From a virus, in the IMG/VR virus record IMGVR_UViG_3300045988_054045: a stretch of 64,000 nucleotides of DNA; one strand, given 5' to 3'. The notes beneath the pieces were generated by a model. It saw only the letters and a program-made list of their open reading frames with translations, ran no database searches and was not told where the DNA came from. The first letter of the stretch is position 1; each line of letters begins with the position of its first letter. A program made the position numbers and the translations under genes. Positions 11,601 through 20,411 of this stretch are shown here, in pieces.

Positions 11601-13305
11601 TCTAATAGAGGACAGGAAGCCAGAGTTCTTTGAAGCAAACCTTGAAACCCTGTTACTTAAACATATTACTGCATACTCAGCTAAGGAACACTTAGATGAA
11701 ATCTTCCCATCACTTCAAGCTCTAGCTATCCATTTAAGTGACATGGGTACTATTCTGAATGATAAGTTTGAAGATGATTTAAAGTATTTAAGTGACTACG
11801 TTAGAAATAAGATATTTAATCAATCTCTAATTTCTGACGACCGTAAACCTTTAGCGGCAATAACTGGAGGATTGATGGGATTTGCATCAAAGATTGCATT
11901 AGCATTCTCTCCAGTTCAAATGTATCAGCATTTAGATGGAATCTGGAAGGATATATCATTGGTAATAAGAAAACCAGATGGAGGTTTAGCTTTTACTAAG
12001 GAGAATATGACTAAGGCTTATAAGTATGCTATAGCTGATGCTATTCATTATGGTAATACCAAATCCATGTCAGAGTTATTAAATGAACAATATGGTCTTA
12101 ATGATATGGACATGAATACTTATGCTGATAAGATAAAGTCAGACCAAGCAGGTATATGGAACTTTTGGGCTTCAGCATTTAGATTTGCATCAAGACCTGA
12201 CTTCTATAACAGAATGACTATATTCGGAGCACAAATGAGGGGTGACGGATGTTGGGAAGCACACTCTGTGGTGAATGGTAAGTTAGTTTATGACTGGAAG
12301 AAGGATAGTAGATTTAGTGCATATGCTAATGGTAATACGTCTAGTCCCGATTACAAAAAGCAAGAAGCACTGTACTACACTATGGCACACCAGTTAGTTA
12401 AGGAGCACACTAGGAATGCAGATGGCTCATTATTCAGAGTGGGTGACGCTCTACCAAAGGCATACACCGTTCAACAATCGGAGAGCCATAAGGCTTTAGC
12501 TGACTCTATATATGGATATTATTCTCATGAGAAGAAATCTATGTTTCAAAGTACTCTAATTGGAGGTCTATTCTTCCAAATGTGCACATATTGGTCTTCT
12601 AAGAAGAATCAATATCTAGCCCCTGAAGGTATAAAACTACAGGGCAGACTAGTCCACTACGAAGAGAATGGTCAAAAGTATTATCACAAATTAGATGATA
12701 AGGGACAGCTTACAGATGAAGCAACTACTGAAGATACAGGATTTCCATTTTATAAATGGGAAGGACGATTTGAGGAAGGTATCTTATTGACTTTCACTAA
12801 GGTTTTAAATGACTTAGTAGTAGGTTCTTATAAAAAGGGTAGTATAAGAGAGGGATGGAAACTAATGACTAATGACATCTGGAATAATGAAGATGAGAAT
12901 CTTAGAAGGGCGTATAGGTCTAATTTACGTCAATTGTTCTATGACTTGTTCATGTTATTATTCGTTGGGGCAGTAGTCAGTGGCTCTTTGGCAGAATTTG
13001 TTAAGGATGATATTAAGGAGAGAGGTAATGATACCATGAATGATGCTGTAATAAACACAACTCTATCTCTTGGTAGTAAGATACTTACCAACTCTGCTTA
13101 TGACTTTAACTTCCTTGATGCTATTGCTGGACGAGGAACACAATGGACTCCATTCTCATTTGAAACACTTAACAGAACAGTAGATACATTCTCAAGTGTA
13201 ATATCAGGAGATAAGTCTTTGTATCAGGGTTTAATTAATACTGTGGCAGCTACTAGAGCTACTAAGCCAATCTGGGATTATATAGACCCAACTAAGGAAG
13301 AATAG
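8605..13305 (+). CDS. Giant (about 1566 aa) protein with N-terminal PD-(D/E)XK nuclease motif and a C-terminal hydrophobic helix; probable virion/ejected protein
   Basis: GVIDLLVIDGRGNAHIIDYKTSP (nt 9391-9459): D at 9400-9402 and D-Y-K at 9442-9450, with an upstream helix GTELHKAIQKYF. The ATG at 8605 overlaps the upstream stop (TAATG); the track's TTG at 8596 is less likely. Hydrophobic stretch LFYDLFMLLFVGAVVSGSLAEF at about nt 12931-12996. Confidence 0.6.
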   Translation: MGCIYDYKGHIFQSELELDDFLLERGHLVSKYGDIVFSKSNRAIQTYDSVMNLKMDTEALKASKIISEVEDGKNDIENINVSGNGYIGVNKFLQGLRNLEGDLLFPEFRPENYWKEIKPRWAGGKFDKEEADAIFGEGVETRPIVSDEEFARAREVIENKWKAQGKIGTELHKAIQKYFSESKSGRNIRESDDNFLINTYFPSILDTKLVPSKVIAETVKYCRDLEKSLQREFGEDLIYLPEVAVSGTTSQIGESGNPNKLLGVIDLLVIDGRGNAHIIDYKTSPRPYVGTASEAGYDSAKILTFKYQLGVYERLLRKYGINTSGSRLFVAPIQLSDFKREGDDWVYSGIKEYSGHVEDLTQDIKTNINIQENIDEFLPAPFVTKATTENLLQTVTSVMSKWFPKYDSVPGEITDDMVAETIKEGKGDKPNPETGKYVYSPKGNGYPLKGDTYEELFVKVKRRMNSIANNKINTTQVIKEGLIKAIEDENPYYEFTKAQIPDNPSGVNGWFQRRMSRYCNRNWEVVDCEPAEYLGCILLRNKFTNQIDVVKISTSMLKRSRELVKGRHGLTGAFESDIISQNKPNSLMMESVNGNIELMEAMLVLNNLPSLFEENAIVGEVSVYNPFREEGISADNKQLLYCFNELDKLSPIGVNNMKGRNAAVKMANRYDIFYNRFREIISNVKDDTKINKKWRKFTESTSALDACIGDPTQLRLELLNLRKEFLEAFPNVNDTRPNDDVIGMPHVQVYRMLEMAIGEIDGLDFRQQLSDHDKWLESIYVWKAGMEGTYLDNPGNMKSPILNKLTSLVTVAYQNIRDTVNRSQGEIRNLVNELKKDQNFTYLKERTIGNQATLYRDMIVYTDDGDILLKNPDDPTTGLSEAQRKFLKYFLKTVNSNRFKNMTEEELEELRLSGDVRYYRLPLAAGNATSIASSKGLLSAIKDKLQDWNPKKAVERAKTKVEGFLDPTDVKIEKVRKGELWEMTNSFDIGEKGSEIRLSLIEDRKPEFFEANLETLLLKHITAYSAKEHLDEIFPSLQALAIHLSDMGTILNDKFEDDLKYLSDYVRNKIFNQSLISDDRKPLAAITGGLMGFASKIALAFSPVQMYQHLDGIWKDISLVIRKPDGGLAFTKENMTKAYKYAIADAIHYGNTKSMSELLNEQYGLNDMDMNTYADKIKSDQAGIWNFWASAFRFASRPDFYNRMTIFGAQMRGDGCWEAHSVVNGKLVYDWKKDSRFSAYANGNTSSPDYKKQEALYYTMAHQLVKEHTRNADGSLFRVGDALPKAYTVQQSESHKALADSIYGYYSHEKKSMFQSTLIGGLFFQMCTYWSSKKNQYLAPEGIKLQGRLVHYEENGQKYYHKLDDKGQLTDEATTEDTGFPFYKWEGRFEEGILLTFTKVLNDLVVGSYKKGSIREGWKLMTNDIWNNEDENLRRAYRSNLRQLFYDLFMLLFVGAVVSGSLAEFVKDDIKERGNDTMNDAVINTTLSLGSKILTNSAYDFNFLDAIAGRGTQWTPFSFETLNRTVDTFSSVISGDKSLYQGLINTVAATRATKPIWDYIDPTKEE

Positions 13306-13309
13306 GATA

Positions 13310-13852
13310 ATGTTAATAGGAATTTCTGGTAAGAAACAGTGTGGTAAAGATACTATATGCAAAATAATTAAAGCATTAGATGAAAGATGGGTAAAACATG
13401 CATTTGCAGATAAGCTAAAACAAGCTTTAGCTGTAATACTTGATGTAAAGGTGGAAGCTTTTGAAGATAATATATTCAAAATGTCAGATAGCACTATTGC
13501 TAAGCCAGAGGGAGGATTCTATACATATAGAGAATTGCTACAGAAGTTTGGAACTGAGGTCGGAAGAAACATTAGCCCTAATGTATGGGTAGATGCTTTA
13601 TTTTCCAACTATTCCTTAGAAGACGACTTTTGGGTTGTAACGGATGTAAGATTTCCGTCTGAAGCAGATGCTATCAGAGAACATGGTGGTATATTAATAA
13701 GGGTGAACAGAGACACAGGATACGTGGATAACCATCCGTCTGAAACCGCATTGGATGATTATATGGACTTTGACTATATTATAACCAATGATAATTTAGA
13801 TGATACTATTGAAAAAGTAAAAAACATAATGAAGGAAAACTACTTCATATAA
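13310..13852 (+). CDS. Deoxynucleoside monophosphate (dNMP) kinase-like P-loop protein
   Basis: N-terminal P-loop IGISGKKQCGKDT, followed by FADKLK, GTEVGR and VVTDVRFPSEADAI segments typical of the phage dNMP kinase family. Confidence 0.65.
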   Translation: MLIGISGKKQCGKDTICKIIKALDERWVKHAFADKLKQALAVILDVKVEAFEDNIFKMSDSTIAKPEGGFYTYRELLQKFGTEVGRNISPNVWVDALFSNYSLEDDFWVVTDVRFPSEADAIREHGGILIRVNRDTGYVDNHPSETALDDYMDFDYIITNDNLDDTIEKVKNIMKENYFI

Positions 13853-13859
13853 ACAATTA

Positions 13860-13906
13860 GGGCGATACTGGTGATTAATTTCACTGGTATCGCCCTTATT
13901 TTTTTC
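13860..13906 (+). terminator. Rho-independent terminator at the convergence point of the two arms
   Basis: Arms GGGCGATACTGGTGA / TCACTGGTATCGCCC form a 15-bp stem with 2 G-U pairs in + sense, loop TTAATT, then TTATTTTTTTC. In - sense the two wobbles become C-A mismatches and no U-tract follows. Confidence 0.7.
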
Positions 13907-14470
13907 TTAATCCTTCTTTTCTACATATTCAGGTTCTCTTTCGTCCTGTTGCTTTAGATAAGTAAACATCTTCTTACCTAATGCTTTGTAATCTTTATCT
14001 TCTTTAGATTTAGAAGCTCTCTTAGCCATTCTAATTAATGTTCTCGTATTCTTTCTACTAAAGATTCTCTCCCCACCTTCTAATTCCATTTGAGTAGAAC
14101 CATCAGGTGCAATTACCTTCATCTTAGGTAATTCCTCGTCCTCTTCAATATCGAGTTCATCTCCCTCTTCGATTCCAGAGCCTTGATTAACCTCTAATAC
14201 AAACTTAACATTATCTTCTTCAGCTATATTCTCATTCTCAGGTTCTCCCTGATATACTGATATTACTTCCATATCTTCACTAATAAAGATAATATCTAAA
14301 GGAACTTTAGTATCTTTCATCCAAAATCCTACAGTCTGAGGTCCTTCGAAGAAGAATAGCATACCCTCATCATCTTTTAGTTCTGTGACTCCCTGTAATC
14401 CCTTGATTCTTTCCTCCTCAGTCCTAGCACAAGTCACATTATATTCCTTGTCTCCTATTTCAATTTTCAT
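13907..14470 (-). CDS. DUF192 (COG1430)-like protein with acidic/basic C-terminal tail
   Basis: ARTEEERIKGLQGVTELKDDEGMLFFFEGPQTVGFWMKDTKVPLDIIFISEDMEVISV matches the DUF192 pattern (ER.kGLm...GMLF...fWMk.t..pLDiiFi). Last gene of the - strand operon. Confidence 0.55.
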   Translation of the reverse strand: MKIEIGDKEYNVTCARTEEERIKGLQGVTELKDDEGMLFFFEGPQTVGFWMKDTKVPLDIIFISEDMEVISVYQGEPENENIAEEDNVKFVLEVNQGSGIEEGDELDIEEDEELPKMKVIAPDGSTQMELEGGERIFSRKNTRTLIRMAKRASKSKEDKDYKALGKKMFTYLKQQDEREPEYVEKKD

Positions 14471-15726
14471 TACTCAACTGTCTTTAATAATCCTGTGTTA
14501 TCAACTGTATTCTCTAGAATCTCGTGTACAAGTAACTTACCTGCTTCAATAGCAGCCTCATCGGAACCATCTTGCATTAACTTTTCTAATTGCTTAGTAA
14601 CATCAAGATTAAAGATGATTTCTTCTCTTTCTACCTCAGCGTGTTGCTTTATATCACCACCCTTTTCCTCAGTAATAACTGGAATACCTTTAGTAGTTAC
14701 TTCCTCAAACTTTCCATCTACATCCTCTAAATGGTGTTTATGAGCGTGCAATGCTCCGTCTGGTATTACATTAACAGCTCCACCATTTTTGAAGCCAGCC
14801 ACCTCTTCCATTCTAACTTCCTCTTGGATTTTCTTAGCTTTGCTTTTCTTTCCATTGGATAACTTAATTACCCTCTTAGCAAACTCTCTATCCATTTTAA
14901 GTCCAGATTTACCAGCTCTTACAGCACTTTGCTGATAACCTCCATTTAGTTGAAGCTGAGTGCCCAATCCTATTAGTGGATTGTTAGAAGCAGTAAATGC
15001 CATCTGTGCTTCATCAGCTATGTTACTCATTTTTGACTGCTGCATTTGGGCATTATGTATTTGCTGGTTAGCCTTGTTTCTAGCTTTCCCACTAAGTAGA
15101 CCATACTTCTTTCCACTCTTGGTAAGAGCATCATCTACTGTGGCTTGAGTTCCTCCATATGATGAACCTACCTGTTCAAATGCTTCATTATCTTTAGTAA
15201 TAGTATCTGCCTTTTTAGCTCCTATTGCATTTACTAATCCCAGAGGAGTCAGTTTAAGGAACTTGCTGTCCAATATCTTATCTGCTGTAGTCATTTGGTC
15301 AGTACCAACTCCCAAAGCTGTTAATCCATCAGATAGCATACCACCTACCTTCATAGCACCACCAATAATAGTACCAACTCCAGGAATAGCCATTGCAGCG
15401 TTAGCAGCAGCATCATAACCTTGATTTAGACCTTCTGTAAGAGCTGATTGCTCTGTCTTTGGAATTAAACTTCCAGCTACGTCAGCTATACTTCCCGCAA
15501 TACCAAACCCCTTATTAAGATTAGCTTTCTTTGTGTATGCTCTCTGTATCTTAGAGGCTTGATTCTGGTTCCATTGTTTTACACTATCTGGAAGCTCTAG
15601 GGTAGTGGGAAATGAAGGAGTCTGAATCATAGATGTAAGACTAGCAGGTTGAGGTAAAGGAGGAGTTAGATTACTCCCCCCTGTTAATACCCCTGAATTT
15701 TGATATTTCTGTATACGTTTACGCAT
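14470..15726 (-). CDS. Gly/Ala-rich virion (possible ejection/cargo) protein, function unknown
   Basis: 418-aa ORF whose ends overlap its neighbours. Glycine-zipper-like hydrophobic tracts (GFGIAGSIADVAGSLIP, AIPGVGTIIGGAMKVGGMLSDGLTALGVG) and a His cluster PDGALHAHKHHLEDVDG. Confidence 0.5.
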   Translation of the reverse strand: MRKRIQKYQNSGVLTGGSNLTPPLPQPASLTSMIQTPSFPTTLELPDSVKQWNQNQASKIQRAYTKKANLNKGFGIAGSIADVAGSLIPKTEQSALTEGLNQGYDAAANAAMAIPGVGTIIGGAMKVGGMLSDGLTALGVGTDQMTTADKILDSKFLKLTPLGLVNAIGAKKADTITKDNEAFEQVGSSYGGTQATVDDALTKSGKKYGLLSGKARNKANQQIHNAQMQQSKMSNIADEAQMAFTASNNPLIGLGTQLQLNGGYQQSAVRAGKSGLKMDREFAKRVIKLSNGKKSKAKKIQEEVRMEEVAGFKNGGAVNVIPDGALHAHKHHLEDVDGKFEEVTTKGIPVITEEKGGDIKQHAEVEREEIIFNLDVTKQLEKLMQDGSDEAAIEAGKLLVHEILENTVDNTGLLKTVE

Positions 15727-18700
15727 AACTTACAATATATAATGTTTTTAAAGCTGTTATTATAGCTAACTCATCACCAGTATACCTCACCTTAATCTTT
15801 ACATATTTATCCCTAATTCTAGTTTCTTTCCTTTCATTAGACCATTTATTAACATCTAATGACAAGAAATTAGCACTATAACCTCGGTCTCTTAATTCAG
15901 ATGGAATATCAGAATCACTAGTAATGTTAAGAGCAGTCATACTCTCTGGTAATGGATTATTAACTAGGTTAAGAGGGGGATAAGTATTACCATCCTTATC
16001 TTTAACAGTCCAAGCTAATTCATTCTTAGCCCAGTAAGTTATAGAAGGAATTTGAATATCCCATTTATCCTCTAGGTAGTCCATGTTACCATTTATTCTA
16101 CCATATTCCATAACCTCATACCATTTACCATTTTGAACTAGTACATTTGTATATCCAGCTGATACAAGTGAGCTATATCTATCTTGAGTTATCTCTTGTA
16201 AATATCTCTTCTTAAAAGGACATGCTTTGATATGAGTAGCTATCTTAAATTCATTTAGTTGTTTATCATGCACAATTTCTGAACCAGATATGTATTGATA
16301 GTCTCTACCTGCTGAGGTTACAGACTGATAGTGGTCTTCAATCTCATTCAGACTATCTACCCTTGAATAGAATAGTGGGAACATAATTGACATATCTTTA
16401 TACTTAGTAGTACTGTATAATATGTCTCTTTGTTCGGGTATAATATCCAAATAGTCGTGATTATAAACTATATCTGCACCATTGTATTGGTATAGATGTT
16501 TAGTAGCCTCTTGCCTAAAATAAGCATTCCTTTTATCGTTGGCAAAGTTATATACTTCTCCGACAACTTCAAAATGGAAGGATTCAGGTTGAGTCTTATT
16601 GCTTATAATCTGCAGATTATTGAAGATTTTATGTACAGATGGATTATCAACCACAATAAATTCAAACTCAAACGGATGTTGCTTTCCATACCAGTAGCAA
16701 GAACTAATAGGTTTCTTAGTAGTCATTAGTCCAGCTTGACCATGTTTCCAGAATGAAGTAGTAAGTAAATCATATCTCATCTTAGTAACTACAGTTACAT
16801 TAGAATACAATGTTTTTACTATGTTCTTAACTTCACCTTCAACTAAGTCAGTTCCCTGATTATAAACAACAGCTTTAATAGGTATTGTCCATCTACTATC
16901 TCCTACAGAGTTAGCATTAACAGATACTTGATTACCATTGGTAATAAAGAACTTGTTTCTAACCCTATCATCAGCAATGCTATATTCAATACTAGAACCA
17001 CTAATATCTAGATTTAATTGAAGATTTCCCAGTTTTGCCTTACCGTCTACAACTGTTAGTACATTATCAACTATTGCCCCTCCTTGCATACCAATAAGAG
17101 GATAGTTAGAAGTTAGCTTAGTAATAGTCTTAGATGTATCTCTGTCAAAACTAAAGAATATATTATCAATATTTTCAGAATATGATGGCACCCATGAGTA
17201 GAATGTAACAAACTTTTGCATAACTTCATTATAACATAAGTTCCAAACATTCTCTTCTAATGTATTAATATCATCATAGAACGTGAACATTACATCCTGC
17301 TTAAACCTGTTATAATGTGTTTTTACGTTCCTAATACCAATAATAGGAGTCTTTTCCTTCTCCGTAAGCGAGATATTATCATTTAAGAACTTCTGTACCT
17401 TAAAATCTGAGATAACTTCAAAGGTCTGTCCATTAGTTCTCCAAATCTTCTTCCCAACGGTATCCACTCCATAAACGTAATAGGGAGTTTTTATGACACT
17501 TTCACCCCACTGAGTACCGAATGTATCACTGAGCATTTTTGGATTCTCTGGCAGCACGTTAGAGGTGTTTATGAAGATATTTCCGCCTGCACCTTCCCCT
17601 GCAACGGCTCTTTCATTGACTGGTATCAAAGCAACACCATGTTCAAATACGCAGATAATGTTACCAAACCATTCAACTAGCTTTACAATACTACCATAGG
17701 TTAGAGGATAATCCCTATAATGAGTTAATTTAAATACTCTATATCCATTTTTAAATGAATCATTTACATTAATGTCAGAGTACATAACTCTAATATGGAA
17801 TTTATTCTTAATAGCTGGAACATTAGGTAGTTCATAATAATACTTATCAGATGTTGTGCTGTTAATACCAGCATTTGTAACAAATGATTCAGGTATTTTT
17901 GATTCTCCAGTTACTGACATGGCTTGCAATGGATAGAACCCTCTAGCTTTACCAGTAAGCCCCAATTCAGAAGTATAAGACATATCAATGCTTCTCATGG
18001 ATAAATTAACATTGCTACATACTTTTATAGTAACCCAGTGTCCCATCTTAATAGCATTAACATCACCTCTATTGATTTTACCATTTTTCTCACTATCTCC
18101 AATAGTATAATTGTCTTTCCACGACATTTGGTCTACAATATCATCATTGATAGGAGCTGATGAGTCCTGGAAGTTCCTACACATTCTGTGTGTATAGTTA
18201 CCTATATAACAATCACCTCTAAATAGGTTTTTAGCTATCATAGTATTCTCATCTTCATCCAAATCATCCCACAACATTCTGTTACAGATTGCATAGAAAG
18301 CAGAGGAATCCTCATATCTGATTTCGAAGTACGTGTCTAACAGGTTCTCCTCATAGTTAGGAATTTTAATATCAATAAGACTCATCTTATTAGTATTATA
18401 ACCCTCTAAGCCTATATAGGGTCCCCAACTACCTCTTAATAGATTCCTTGCATTAGAAGACTTATTAGTGTAGTTGTAGTAAGAAACTCTCCATGCTTCT
18501 TCTGCTTCTCCAGCTCTGGCACTAAATAGTTGTTTCTTACCCTTTAATGCCTTAACATTATCACCAATAGCCATAATGTTATATGTTTCATCTTGGGTAG
18601 AATCATTAGTAGTATATGACAGATTGTAGAAATGTGTACCACTTCTATCAAAGTACTTCTTACTAAACTGAGATTTAGCCATCTTAACCTCAAACTGAGT

Positions 18701-20410
18701 ACCAGTAAACAGCTGATTAAAATAAGACTGTCTTAATTCAAATTCTGGACATAGAGCTGCATATCCTTCTAATACATTATCCTTTTCGATGTCTTCACAC
18801 CTTCTATCAAAGTCATGTGTTAGAACTCCATCATTGTCCAAGAATCTCTCTACCCTATACTTATCATTTCCAGATGGAAGAACTGGTAAATGACTTGTGT
18901 TCTCTAATCCTATGGTTACAGCTTGGGCTAGTGTAGTAGGGATTCTCTTTTGTCTTACAAAGAAGAATCCTTTAGTATATCTCTTCAATTCTCTAACAGC
19001 GTCCTTACTGATTTTAATGTCAAATCCGATAGGAATTGTACCACTCTCAGCTAATTGATTACCGTTATACTTAATTTTGATTACACCCTTAGAATTCTCA
19101 TTCTGACTGTCTAACTTACTTGTCTCCTTATTGATAGGAATATATTCCCTATTTGCTTGGATAACAGCTATATTAGTAGTACTATTGGGGTCAAATCCTT
19201 CCTTAAACAAAGGATAGTCTTCCCAGGGTATTCTATCTGGGTCTCCAGGTACAGTTAATCTGCTAACACCTCTAATGTTGAATACTGGAGATAATGTATA
19301 ATCATTAAGGATATATACTACCCCTAGCCTATATATTTCATCATTCCAGTATCCTAACCTATTATAGATGTTCATCACATTATAATACTCATACTGTCCT
19401 GATTCATCCTTATAGTCCTTATCTACCCTACCTATGTTATTCTCTACATTCAATTCAGGTAGAAAATGCAGAGATAGGTCAGTAAGCTCCTTATATTCAA
19501 TATCTGGATTAGCTACATTACCTAAGAATAACATATTCTGACAAGTAGTTTGTGCAGCTGCACTATTAACTACATTGTAAGCTACATTAATATCGTTGAT
19601 ACTAACTGCCTGAACTGTTTCAAATCCAGTAATACTAATCTTAGCTACATTGTTATATACAGCAAACTGTTTCATAATCTTGAATGAAGTAGTCATTTCA
19701 TTTCCATCAATATCTGATGTACTCCTTGTATAATAGACTACTACATTATTATAAGATGAATCTATATTAGTTAACAAGAATGAAGCTGATTTATAACTGT
19801 TCTCATCTCTAATTCCACCTTGTATAGAGGATGGGTCATTCAAATTACCAACATGGCAAGTTACTATGCCTGACTCAGCTATAAAATCTGTCTCATTCCC
19901 ATCTGAATCTGATAACTTAAAGTAAAACACATAATTACCAACTCTTAAATTACCACTGGTATTCAATCCCATAAATGTAAGATTGGCTATGTTATTAGTT
20001 TTCTTATAAAGAGATATATCAGACTCAAAGGAATCTATATCGTATATATTGGTGTCATTATCTCCTTCTCTGTCTACAATCTGATAAGTATTCATACCTG
20101 TAGATGAGAATCTTGTGTTTATTAGCTTAGGATAGTTACTTCCATCATTAAGGATAAGATTTACCGAACCATCATAAGATTGCTGCGTTACAATATCAAT
20201 AGGATGGTTTAGGTCGAAGCTAAGTAATTCTGTATCTAAGTTAATTAAACTACCCTTTGGATACAGAATTACTCCATCTTCTACTATATCTTCATTAGTT
20301 CTGAGTACTCTTAAAGGATTATACTCATACACTAAAGCTCCTTTTTGTTGAAGTTGATTCAATCCTAAGTCAAGGTCTAATACCTTACCACTTAGTGATT
20401 TGAAATTCAT
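15719..20410 (-). CDS. Large tail structural protein (1563 aa), function unknown
   Basis: Uninterrupted 4.7-kb ORF, 8-nt overlap with the downstream gene, located after the head/connector genes. No enzymatic motif recognised. Confidence 0.6.
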   Translation of the reverse strand: MNFKSLSGKVLDLDLGLNQLQQKGALVYEYNPLRVLRTNEDIVEDGVILYPKGSLINLDTELLSFDLNHPIDIVTQQSYDGSVNLILNDGSNYPKLINTRFSSTGMNTYQIVDREGDNDTNIYDIDSFESDISLYKKTNNIANLTFMGLNTSGNLRVGNYVFYFKLSDSDGNETDFIAESGIVTCHVGNLNDPSSIQGGIRDENSYKSASFLLTNIDSSYNNVVVYYTRSTSDIDGNEMTTSFKIMKQFAVYNNVAKISITGFETVQAVSINDINVAYNVVNSAAAQTTCQNMLFLGNVANPDIEYKELTDLSLHFLPELNVENNIGRVDKDYKDESGQYEYYNVMNIYNRLGYWNDEIYRLGVVYILNDYTLSPVFNIRGVSRLTVPGDPDRIPWEDYPLFKEGFDPNSTTNIAVIQANREYIPINKETSKLDSQNENSKGVIKIKYNGNQLAESGTIPIGFDIKISKDAVRELKRYTKGFFFVRQKRIPTTLAQAVTIGLENTSHLPVLPSGNDKYRVERFLDNDGVLTHDFDRRCEDIEKDNVLEGYAALCPEFELRQSYFNQLFTGTQFEVKMAKSQFSKKYFDRSGTHFYNLSYTTNDSTQDETYNIMAIGDNVKALKGKKQLFSARAGEAEEAWRVSYYNYTNKSSNARNLLRGSWGPYIGLEGYNTNKMSLIDIKIPNYEENLLDTYFEIRYEDSSAFYAICNRMLWDDLDEDENTMIAKNLFRGDCYIGNYTHRMCRNFQDSSAPINDDIVDQMSWKDNYTIGDSEKNGKINRGDVNAIKMGHWVTIKVCSNVNLSMRSIDMSYTSELGLTGKARGFYPLQAMSVTGESKIPESFVTNAGINSTTSDKYYYELPNVPAIKNKFHIRVMYSDINVNDSFKNGYRVFKLTHYRDYPLTYGSIVKLVEWFGNIICVFEHGVALIPVNERAVAGEGAGGNIFINTSNVLPENPKMLSDTFGTQWGESVIKTPYYVYGVDTVGKKIWRTNGQTFEVISDFKVQKFLNDNISLTEKEKTPIIGIRNVKTHYNRFKQDVMFTFYDDINTLEENVWNLCYNEVMQKFVTFYSWVPSYSENIDNIFFSFDRDTSKTITKLTSNYPLIGMQGGAIVDNVLTVVDGKAKLGNLQLNLDISGSSIEYSIADDRVRNKFFITNGNQVSVNANSVGDSRWTIPIKAVVYNQGTDLVEGEVKNIVKTLYSNVTVVTKMRYDLLTTSFWKHGQAGLMTTKKPISSCYWYGKQHPFEFEFIVVDNPSVHKIFNNLQIISNKTQPESFHFEVVGEVYNFANDKRNAYFRQEATKHLYQYNGADIVYNHDYLDIIPEQRDILYSTTKYKDMSIMFPLFYSRVDSLNEIEDHYQSVTSAGRDYQYISGSEIVHDKQLNEFKIATHIKACPFKKRYLQEITQDRYSSLVSAGYTNVLVQNGKWYEVMEYGRINGNMDYLEDKWDIQIPSITYWAKNELAWTVKDKDGNTYPPLNLVNNPLPESMTALNITSDSDIPSELRDRGYSANFLSLDVNKWSNERKETRIRDKYVKIKVRYTGDELAIITALKTLYIVSYA

Positions 20411-20411
20411 A

